A stretch of 39,958 bases of DNA, from positions 1-39,958 of the IMG/VR virus record IMGVR_UViG_3300017778_001652; one strand, 5' to 3'. Position 1 is the stretch's first letter, and every line of letters begins with the position of its first letter. Shown here piece by piece: positions 32,044 through 39,958 of the stretch. The notes below the pieces were generated by a model that ran no database searches, was not told where the DNA came from, and was given only the letters and a program-made list of their open reading frames with translations. The DNA is from a virus (lineage: Duplodnaviria > Caudoviricetes). The position numbers were made by a program, and so were the translations under genes.

Positions 32044-33750
32044 TTATCTTTCGGCTTCGGTGTAAGGCGTGGCGGGAGCACCATACTTACTTGCTTCTTT
32101 AATATCGCGCTCTACATTACTTCTTGCTTGCAACACGATGGGGTCAGAAGCAAGTTCTTCCGCTGTAATGTTGCCATTCCTGATATTTACGACCAGTCTC
32201 TTACCTTGTTCCCCAACATCTGCAATAGCCTTCAATGCCTCGGGGCTATTCTTAATCATGCCGGGATTAAACTGTTCAGCAACGTACTTCCGCAGTTCAA
32301 TAACTTCTTTGGTGGTCAGCCCCACGGGTTTTTGTGCTGATGCTAATGCGGCCCTTAGCCCTGCGGATTCCAACAAACCACGAACACGTTCGGCTGCGAC
32401 TTCTTCTCTAGAATTAGCAGCGATGTTAGCCGCTGTAATACCTGCTTTGCTAGAGTACATATTGGCAGCAAGGTTGGCAGATAGTTTTTGATACTCTTGT
32501 TGGGCCTTAACAATTTCTGCGTCGGCTTTTCGCAGCGCATCGACATCGCCAACTTGACGAGCGTATTCTGCCTGTTTAGATGCGTCAATCAACCTCAAAT
32601 ATGCGGCATCACGGCCAGCCTTGGCCGCTTCAAAATTAGCGGTTACTTCTGCCGTGCGAGCGCCGCCGCCGCGAATCAATGGACGAGCAGCTATTTGTGC
32701 CAACCCCAGTTGTCGAGCATCTTGGGCTTGAGCCATCTCTTGGATTCTGGTGGCTGTTGCAATATCTTGAGCACCAAAGTCTGGGCGATTCTCCCTGAGT
32801 TTTCTGTCGGCAGCGTAAAGCCTGTTTTGCTCTGACATATCAGGTTTAGTGAACCCCGCCCCTTGCATTTCAGCCATGATCCCAGACAGTGTTGGTCCAT
32901 CAGGAGCGGCTTCGCGTCGGGCACCAGATTGAGCAAGAGCGCCGAGCCCACCGTCAGGAGGTGCAGCGGTAGGAGCAGGAGTAGGAAGTTGACCGTAAAG
33001 CCTGTCAATTTCTGCTCGTAGTTGTGCTTTCTCGGCGGGATTAGTTACCCGGTCCATCTCTGCGCGGAGCGTATTTATAACCGCTGCGATGTTCGTATTA
33101 GGGGCGTAGTCGAATTTCAGGCCCGATTGCTTACCCCCGGCTTCTTCCGGCTGCGCTTGTTTTTCTTGAGCCGCCAAAAAAGCTTCTTCTCGCGGATGCG
33201 ATGGAATCCTGCGAGTTGGGGAAAAGATATTCATCTCTTCTGGGATCATCGATGACAACCCGCTATAGATTGTCTCCCCCAACGTGCGACCACCCTCGGC
33301 ATAACCGATTACACCACCCTCGGCAAACTCGCCCATATCTACAGGCAATCCTGCAAGTCCACCTTCAGCCATGTTCTGCGTGGGTTGTGGCCCTTGCTTC
33401 TGCACCATCTGTGCGGCCTGTTGAGCAAGTTGTTGCTGCTGGGCTTGCTGTTGGTTCTGCGCCACACTCGGCCCAGTTTGCTGGGCTTGTTTAAGCTGGT
33501 CAAGAATACCAGCCAACCCCTCTTGCCCTGCTTCCGGTGTAACCGGAGGGACTCCACTTTGTTGTGGTTGTTGGGGTTGTTGTGGCTGTTGAGGAGGAAT
33601 GATCCCCGCGCTCTGGGCCGCTTGTGCCGCAACAGTTGGCTGGCCGTTAGGGGCTTGTAACTTGGCTCCCGCCTTGAGCGAATCCAAAAACAACTTGGTA
33701 GCAGGGGGCAGGACCGACTGTGGTTGCGTTTGCATAGGATTTCCAATCAC
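32044..33750 (-). CDS. Putative internal virion protein
   Basis: 568 aa, Gln/Pro/Ala-rich, MAEGG/FAEGG/YAEGG repeats; GTGA-coupled (alternative ATG at 33735). Confidence 0.65.
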   Translation of the reverse strand: MIGNPMQTQPQSVLPPATKLFLDSLKAGAKLQAPNGQPTVAAQAAQSAGIIPPQQPQQPQQPQQSGVPPVTPEAGQEGLAGILDQLKQAQQTGPSVAQNQQQAQQQQLAQQAAQMVQKQGPQPTQNMAEGGLAGLPVDMGEFAEGGVIGYAEGGRTLGETIYSGLSSMIPEEMNIFSPTRRIPSHPREEAFLAAQEKQAQPEEAGGKQSGLKFDYAPNTNIAAVINTLRAEMDRVTNPAEKAQLRAEIDRLYGQLPTPAPTAAPPDGGLGALAQSGARREAAPDGPTLSGIMAEMQGAGFTKPDMSEQNRLYAADRKLRENRPDFGAQDIATATRIQEMAQAQDARQLGLAQIAARPLIRGGGARTAEVTANFEAAKAGRDAAYLRLIDASKQAEYARQVGDVDALRKADAEIVKAQQEYQKLSANLAANMYSSKAGITAANIAANSREEVAAERVRGLLESAGLRAALASAQKPVGLTTKEVIELRKYVAEQFNPGMIKNSPEALKAIADVGEQGKRLVVNIRNGNITAEELASDPIVLQARSNVERDIKEASKYGAPATPYTEAER

Positions 33751-35597
33751 GGGAACATAGCCTTAATAAGGCCAAGCAAGTCGTCAAGATTGCCAGCCGA
33801 CGATGCGTTAGCAGTCGTAGTATTGGTCGCCACGGGCATACCAGAGAACATCGTTTGCAGGAACTGAAGTTTCTTGTAAGGGTCAGCGCGTTCTTCTTCA
33901 AACTGACCGCGACTCGCATCAATACCCTGTTGCTCAATAGCGCGTTGTTTATCACCAATGTTAGCTGCCGCAGTAGTTGCTTGGACCCCATAATCAGCGA
34001 CGTTCTTTTGCTGGTTAACCGCATTGTTATAAGCGGTATTCAGGCCAGTCAACTGATTGGCGTTCTGCAACGTAGCAAGATTACGGTTCCCTTCGGACTC
34101 CATAATTGCCTGTCGGCTCCCACCAAATGCACCTGCCTGAGTCAACCTGCCAGCATCTGCCACTCGGGAAATATCTGCTTGCCTACGGGCTTCCGTGTTC
34201 TGGACATCAACTGCACCTTGCATATACGGGTTCATGTAACTTTGTACCGAACCAACTGGGCCGAGTGCTCCGGGCAAGCCCGCCGCAGCAGTAAACGCTT
34301 GACTTTGCACTGGAGAAGTGCCAGCAGCCAACGGTCCTTTATAGGCTTCATAAGGCGTCTGGGACAATGCATCTGCCCTACCAATCATGTTGGTAACAGT
34401 CGGACCAGCCCAGTTTGATAGCGAGCTAGAAGTCGATGTTCCTTCTGGCGCGTCCATCGTTGAACTGGCGGGAGGGACCACCGAACCAGTCGGACCAGCA
34501 AATGCCACTGCACCGCCACCCGCATATCCGGCAATACCGCCGGGGGTAAACTTTTCTGGGTTGATCTGTTTACCGTGCTTCGGGTTACCTGTACGGGCCT
34601 TCCGTACTCGGGACATCATCTTGTAGAGCGCATCTGCCCCGGCTTTGGAGTTGCCGTTACCAAGGTGAGACACAACGTCCGCAGGGATTACAAACTCACC
34701 ATGACTCAACTTGGCTCGTTGTTTACCGTCAATGTCGGTGTCGATCTTGTCTGCCATGCCATCCGTGGCACCATCCAAATATCGAGGTTGCTTGGCCCTG
34801 CCCCCCCGGGCAAGTTCCATGATTCCGCCTTCAGCCGCATACTTCATAGGTGTAAAACTCTGCCTTCCCATCACTGGCTCGGACGAACCAGAATATGCTT
34901 TGTAAGGGGCTTGCGCCAATTGTTGCCGACTTGCAGTGTATTTTGGAACACCGCCCTGATACCCAGAAACAGATTTGGGATCAGCAAAACTTGGGTTGGC
35001 CGTGGCATAAATCTTTGCAAGAAGCGTTGCAAGATCGGCAAGTCCACCGGCTGATGTAGCCTTATCACCCCCCGCTTTAGTTGCGCCGCCGACTAGTTGT
35101 TTAACAGCATCAACCGCTTTGTTTATGATTGAATTGTTTGATCCACTTGCTACTCCACTTGGAATCCCACCGCCAGCACTAGTGGCTGATATAGATGTGG
35201 GCATCCCGGAAGTTCCACCCGCCCCGCCGACAATGCCCGAGAACGATAGTCCAGACCCCGTTCCACCACCACCCGTGTAGACAAACTCATTGCTCGTTGG
35301 GTTGTACTCGAAGTCCGAAACATTGAGCCCCGAACCTTGATTGGTTGGTTGTGCCAGCGTATAACCAGTGTCAGTTGGTGTGTACTTAATGCCTTCCGTA
35401 ACCCCGGAAGAAGACCCCAACGAATAATTTGGGGATGTCCATGACGAATCTAGAAGTGACGATGGGGTTAGGTTTGCCAGAAACTCTTCGTTGGAAAACC
35501 AGTCTGACGGTGCAAAGTTAGTGGCAAAGTCATATTCCGTATTCCACCAATCAGAAGGTGCGTAATCTCCACCAATGCCGTAGTAGTCATCTGCCAT
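33747..35597 (-). CDS. Putative internal virion/DNA-ejection protein
   Basis: 616 aa; GATDGMAD.I..LSHGEFVIPADVV motif, then a Gln/Ala-rich YMNPY..AGAFGGSRQAI segment. Confidence 0.7.
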   Translation of the reverse strand: MADDYYGIGGDYAPSDWWNTEYDFATNFAPSDWFSNEEFLANLTPSSLLDSSWTSPNYSLGSSSGVTEGIKYTPTDTGYTLAQPTNQGSGLNVSDFEYNPTSNEFVYTGGGGTGSGLSFSGIVGGAGGTSGMPTSISATSAGGGIPSGVASGSNNSIINKAVDAVKQLVGGATKAGGDKATSAGGLADLATLLAKIYATANPSFADPKSVSGYQGGVPKYTASRQQLAQAPYKAYSGSSEPVMGRQSFTPMKYAAEGGIMELARGGRAKQPRYLDGATDGMADKIDTDIDGKQRAKLSHGEFVIPADVVSHLGNGNSKAGADALYKMMSRVRKARTGNPKHGKQINPEKFTPGGIAGYAGGGAVAFAGPTGSVVPPASSTMDAPEGTSTSSSLSNWAGPTVTNMIGRADALSQTPYEAYKGPLAAGTSPVQSQAFTAAAGLPGALGPVGSVQSYMNPYMQGAVDVQNTEARRQADISRVADAGRLTQAGAFGGSRQAIMESEGNRNLATLQNANQLTGLNTAYNNAVNQQKNVADYGVQATTAAANIGDKQRAIEQQGIDASRGQFEEERADPYKKLQFLQTMFSGMPVATNTTTANASSAGNLDDLLGLIKAMFP

Positions 35598-37439
35598 TTA
35601 AGCCACCTTCTTTGGGTAAAGTCTATTGACTGTTGGCGTCAACCAACCTAAGTCCATTGGTTTTACATTTGCCAATACTGGCGCGGATGTGGTCCCGCCT
35701 GACTGCCCACCACCTAACATACCTGCCAATGACAAGTAGTTTAGCAAATTGTTATTCCCATTAACAGCAGTAGTTGCGGTTGTTGGCGCAGTTGTGGTAG
35801 GTGTATTAACCGCAGCATTGACTGTTGGGGCCGCAGTAGTTGTGGTTGGAGCCGTAGTTACAGGTTGTGCGGTTGCTGTGGTGGCTGCTGGAGTTGATGC
35901 AGCAGTTGTGGCTGTCGGCTTAACGGCATTGGGGGCCGCAGCAGTTGTTGTAGCGGTTGCTGGTCTGGCAGGGGCGGATGGCCTGTTTGGGGTTGAAGCA
36001 GCTTGTTCTCTAAGAAACGTGGCTAATGCTGTTCCTGTCAAGTTAGCACCAGCGGACGCCAAGAACTTGTCCAGTTCAGGATTACCCGTTACCCCACTCA
36101 AGGCTCCACCAACTTGCCCCGCCGCCAAATTACTTACCGCGCCGATTGCAGTGTTTGTCAGGGCATCGCCTAAGTCCCGTCCAGCAACAACTTGTCCAGT
36201 AAGGTTGGCGGCTGCACCGGGGAGAATTTTATCAACAGCGGCGATGCCAGTAATATCTTTGGGCTGCACCGGACCCTGTTGCCCTGCGGGTAACTGATCT
36301 GTCAACAAACTTTTGATGCCCGATGCTGCGCCACCAGCCAGTGCAGATGTTGCAACGTCTTTTAAATTGAAATTACCAGTAACAGCGCCAGCCACTCCAG
36401 CTTGAGTTGCCCCCTGCGCCGCGCCGCCTAACGCTGCTTTAACAGATGAGTCCAGCCCCGACAAAGCCCCTTGAGTTGATGCATTGGCTAACCCGCCCAA
36501 GTATGATGTCCCGCCCGTAAGGACAGCGCCTTTAATGATGTCATCAAGGCTCGCGCCACTGGCCGCACCAATACCTGCACTAGTTGCAGCAGCAAGCCAC
36601 GGGTTACCTGTAGCAATTCCTACAACTGCGGGAGCAGCTTTTAAAATAAACCCGCCAATTCCGCCGGGGGCGTTACTCTTCCAGTCAGGATGAAAAACAG
36701 GATTCCCGTTGGCGTCGGGCTTAACCATATAGTTGGTGCGGCCTTTACCAGCAGCCGTCCAACCTATCTGCCCCTTATCATCCTTGTACCATTTAATGGG
36801 GGTAGATTCAACCTTAATTGGCTTATTATCTAACTTAGAATCTATAAGATCATCTAATTTAACGTATTGGTTGTTCTGTAAGTTTCCGTTTTTGTCATAC
36901 GTTAAATCTCGAATGTCTGAAACACCCTGAAGCGCGAGCAAGTTTGCAACCTGACTAGCGTTGCGATCAGCATCTATGGTGGTTTTCCAATCAAACCCAT
37001 ACGCTTTTGATTGGTTAAGTAACTGATCTTTTAGATGCCGCTGGATTGCTTGCCCATCTTCAGTTGATAGATACCAAGCTTTGCGATCCCCACTGTTATA
37101 TGTATTTATCTTATTAGTTAAATACCATTTGTCTCTATCTACGTACGATTTTCCGGCTGGGGTATTAAGAAAATTGTCTTTTATCTTTTTTTCTACCGCC
37201 GCTCTAGCATCATCTTTAATCTTGGCTTTTGCAGCCGCCGCCTTCCCTTCGGCTACCGCTTTGTCCCATGCCGCTTTGCGTATTGCCTCTTTTTGTGCCT
37301 CAAGTGCTAGTCGGGTGTCGCGTTCCTTAATGTAATCACTAACCGTATTTGCGGCGGAAGGCCCAGCATTAGTATTTTGAGCAAGAGTCGTGGCTTCCTC
37401 CGTACTCGGCTTGGAGGATGATCGTCTGGTTATAGCCAC
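35598..37439 (-). CDS. Putative internal virion protein with a Gly/Ala-rich membrane-active segment
   Basis: 613 aa; AAGGA RBS; hydrophobic Gly/Ala zipper-like region and Thr/Ala/Pro tail. Confidence 0.6.
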   Translation of the reverse strand: MAITRRSSSKPSTEEATTLAQNTNAGPSAANTVSDYIKERDTRLALEAQKEAIRKAAWDKAVAEGKAAAAKAKIKDDARAAVEKKIKDNFLNTPAGKSYVDRDKWYLTNKINTYNSGDRKAWYLSTEDGQAIQRHLKDQLLNQSKAYGFDWKTTIDADRNASQVANLLALQGVSDIRDLTYDKNGNLQNNQYVKLDDLIDSKLDNKPIKVESTPIKWYKDDKGQIGWTAAGKGRTNYMVKPDANGNPVFHPDWKSNAPGGIGGFILKAAPAVVGIATGNPWLAAATSAGIGAASGASLDDIIKGAVLTGGTSYLGGLANASTQGALSGLDSSVKAALGGAAQGATQAGVAGAVTGNFNLKDVATSALAGGAASGIKSLLTDQLPAGQQGPVQPKDITGIAAVDKILPGAAANLTGQVVAGRDLGDALTNTAIGAVSNLAAGQVGGALSGVTGNPELDKFLASAGANLTGTALATFLREQAASTPNRPSAPARPATATTTAAAPNAVKPTATTAASTPAATTATAQPVTTAPTTTTAAPTVNAAVNTPTTTAPTTATTAVNGNNNLLNYLSLAGMLGGGQSGGTTSAPVLANVKPMDLGWLTPTVNRLYPKKVA

Positions 37440-37459
37440 AATAGTTCCTTAGATGGAAA

Positions 37460-38851
37460 TTACTGGGTGGTCAAGTCGTAGAAGGACATAGAGCCTATCC
37501 CGCCACCGGAACCAGCGCCACCAGTTGTTACAACCCTTGCAGCCAAAGTGTAAACGTCACTGACCCCGGCTATAGAAGCGCCAAGTTGCAAATCCCAGTT
37601 GTATATGCCAGAAATAGAAAGAGGTGTCGGGCCAGATTTGCCAGTGGTAAACGAACTATAGGAAAGGGCTCCGCCCGTAATCGCCGTCGATGTAATGTCG
37701 TATTCAACATTTGCGTCTGAAGGTACTACCACCCAAGACGGGCTAGTAAGTGTTGCATTTTTGAACAACGCAATCTCATAGTTGTCTGATGTTGTCGGCA
37801 AGAAATTAAAAGACGAAGGAACTACCACCGCCCCTAATGCCGTGGACTTCAGGCGTATTGAGACCATTGGGTAAAAAGCGGTCGTAATAGTTGAATTGCT
37901 TGTTGCGTTTACCCGTCTTGCAATGTGATCTACGGAAGTTGCCCCATACCCACCCTCAGAAATAACCGTAGAGCAGATTGCTTTCATGGAAGCCGCCAAC
38001 GCCGCCGTGGTTGTTGTTATTTCGTACCGTATCGGCAAGATAGCAGTCGTCATATAGACGCTGATGTTTTCGTTGGCATTTTTGAACGTGTGGCAAAGAA
38101 TGTATTCGCCGTTAATGATGAAGCCACATCGAACTGATCCAACGCCAAGCCATTCAAAATCCATCCAAAGAATTTGTGCTTTGTCGGCATTTAGCGTCAA
38201 CCCAGACGGGCCTGTACCATCAAGTTTGTCCCCGTTCCAGTTGGCTTGCGTTATCTCTCTCAAATCGCTAGGAGTGCCGGGGTTTGGCAAAGAACTGGAT
38301 CGCAACACAAAAGAATACGTCCCGCCAACGCGCTTGAAAAACACTCCGTTGGAGGCGTTAAAATATCCGACGCGCTGGGTTAGATTAGCACTTGTGCTGC
38401 TATCCATCACAAACGTTGCCATAACCAGCAAACTTTTTCCCGGTTGGTATGAAAATGACCGGAAAGACTGCCGAATTACAGAACCAACACCTCCCCCAGT
38501 TACTTCCATCTTAACCGAAGATTCATTCGGTAGAAACGACGCTGCGCCAGTGCCTGTTGTCGCTATATCAAATTGGTCATCTACCGCATAGCGATTCTGG
38601 CTATCAAACAGCGTGTACGGCTGGCTAACTCGAAGTCTTCCAAAAGCATCAATAGTGCCGCCACTAAAACCGTTGATTGTTACGCTATTGGAAGAATAAG
38701 TCACCACTTGCTCCAGAAGTTGATCTAGCTGATTAAAGTACAGCCGCAAGATGTTATTAAGTTTATCTAGATAACCTGCTTCATATGCTGACGGAGCATC
38801 AGGCAGGGCTGGAGCGACAAACCGTTTAACAATGGTGGATATGATGCTCAT
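37460..38851 (-). CDS. Virion structural/tail-associated protein
   Basis: N-terminal APALP.AP..Y...LRLYFNQLD, then a beta-rich DAFGRLRVS..LFDS domain; ATGA-coupled to the tail gene. Confidence 0.7.
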   Translation of the reverse strand: MSIISTIVKRFVAPALPDAPSAYEAGYLDKLNNILRLYFNQLDQLLEQVVTYSSNSVTINGFSGGTIDAFGRLRVSQPYTLFDSQNRYAVDDQFDIATTGTGAASFLPNESSVKMEVTGGGVGSVIRQSFRSFSYQPGKSLLVMATFVMDSSTSANLTQRVGYFNASNGVFFKRVGGTYSFVLRSSSLPNPGTPSDLREITQANWNGDKLDGTGPSGLTLNADKAQILWMDFEWLGVGSVRCGFIINGEYILCHTFKNANENISVYMTTAILPIRYEITTTTAALAASMKAICSTVISEGGYGATSVDHIARRVNATSNSTITTAFYPMVSIRLKSTALGAVVVPSSFNFLPTTSDNYEIALFKNATLTSPSWVVVPSDANVEYDITSTAITGGALSYSSFTTGKSGPTPLSISGIYNWDLQLGASIAGVSDVYTLAARVVTTGGAGSGGGIGSMSFYDLTTQ

Positions 38852-39957
38852 CGTCTGCCATCCGACTTAATGTCAATACGTGGAGAGCCAAGCTGCCATG
38901 TAACCCCAAGGTCTTCGGATGAAATTTTAAGTGACATCTGCCTACCGCGCACTCGAATGTTTACTTGCCCAGTAAACTGCTCAACGGGAACAGTGGCCGA
39001 GCGCGTAATAGCCCCAGTGTCTGATCCAGCAACAGATGCGGGGTCCGTGTAGCCAGAACCAGAGTTTTGTAATGGCAAGAGCGTAAGCATAGCCCGTGGG
39101 TTTTCAGCAACTGAACCCCGAAACGTAATGTCTGGAAGAACGCGCCAGATAAAACCAAAGTTGTGCCCGTCATCAATGTCAAACTCAGACGATGTGATGT
39201 ACGAAAAGATTGGCGCGGGGGTTCCAGAAGAGTTATCGTCAACTCCAACTTCGTGATAAACCAACTTCCCGCCACCCTCAACTGGGTAAACGGCAATCGG
39301 GTTTTGGCTAATGATGCTGTTGTCCACCCATGCCGTCCGAGTCATGTTGCCGTTGTACCACGCCTTTTCGGTGTAGTTGTATACAACATACTTGTCAATG
39401 ACGGCGCTATTGCGTGAGCAATAAAACCACCAAATCTCATTGAACTTCTCAACGGTAGTAGCAAACACCTGCCCTGTTTGATCGTTGTTAAAGTCTTGAA
39501 ACACAGCTTGTCGCAGATCGCAAATGATGGTCTGCACACGGCCATCGTACATGTAGAACTTGTCAGCGCCCATCCAGTACGTTACGCCAGCCGCAACAGT
39601 TGAACCCCTGTCACTAACAATAGAGATGTTGTCCGCAAGCAGTTGAGTGCCCCACACAATCGGAGCCCCAAGATACTGCATGGAGTACAGGGCAGTATCC
39701 GTAAACACCAAGATTTCCTGTCGAACCTGCATGGCGGAAACAATTTCTGACCCGTGGGACAACCGAATTCCACCCGCTTGATTGGTGGCGGCGGGTGTCC
39801 AATTAACAGCACTTTCTTGATCCGACCAGCGAATCAACATTGCGTCTTGAGATGCGCTACCAAGTTCGTTTGCGCCGAAAGCAATGACAAACCGTGATGA
39901 ATCCGAAACAAGGATGATGTTTTGTTTTGTTGGGACATTAGATGCCCCAGCTTTAGA
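38848..39957 (-). CDS. Tail tubular/stabilisation (nozzle, P22 gp10-like) protein, 5' partial
   Basis: The frame stays open to the window edge. Beta-propeller-like IRWSDQE, YWMG..FYMYDG, EIWWFY, C-terminal RVRGRQ..WQLG.PRIDI..DGRR. Confidence 0.75.
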   Translation of the reverse strand, partial: SKAGASNVPTKQNIILVSDSSRFVIAFGANELGSASQDAMLIRWSDQESAVNWTPAATNQAGGIRLSHGSEIVSAMQVRQEILVFTDTALYSMQYLGAPIVWGTQLLADNISIVSDRGSTVAAGVTYWMGADKFYMYDGRVQTIICDLRQAVFQDFNNDQTGQVFATTVEKFNEIWWFYCSRNSAVIDKYVVYNYTEKAWYNGNMTRTAWVDNSIISQNPIAVYPVEGGGKLVYHEVGVDDNSSGTPAPIFSYITSSEFDIDDGHNFGFIWRVLPDITFRGSVAENPRAMLTLLPLQNSGSGYTDPASVAGSDTGAITRSATVPVEQFTGQVNIRVRGRQMSLKISSEDLGVTWQLGSPRIDIKSDGRR

Positions 39958-39958
39958 A

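Noticed and set aside
1-39958. Stop-codon reassignment, introns or inteins
   Set aside because: Genes tile densely under the standard code, and polA, the helicase, the primase and the terL segments read have normal motif spacing with no evident insertions.

Overview
This window is most of a dsDNA tailed-phage genome, probably podovirus-like with a proteobacterial host (both inferred), and it is cut inside terL at the left edge and inside a tail gene at the right edge. The minus strand carries terS/terL (1-2093) and the tail and internal-virion genes (25.5-40 kb), including a 2174-aa zincin-motif giant protein. The plus strand carries early genes, a DUF3150-like/AAA+/metallopeptidase-VWA trio, many small ORFs, and a replication module (Dam-like MTase, PolA, PD-(D/E)XK nuclease, sigma-like protein, SNF2 helicase, SSB-like protein, primase-helicase). 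No portal, capsid, integrase or lysis gene was recognised in the window. The most unusual features are non-coding. (1) A ~560-nt multi-domain structured RNA lies directly behind a strong sigma70 promoter and starts with a hairpin plus an rrn-type boxA. (2) A hairpin plus 18-bp palindrome element is repeated in front of each gene of the trio. (3) A self-contained gene cassette is flanked by direct repeats. (4) An iteron/IHF/inverted-repeat region may be the origin or the packaging end. (5) Two further small structured-RNA candidates lie in the replication module. All family calls come from motif recognition by eye; no database search was run.
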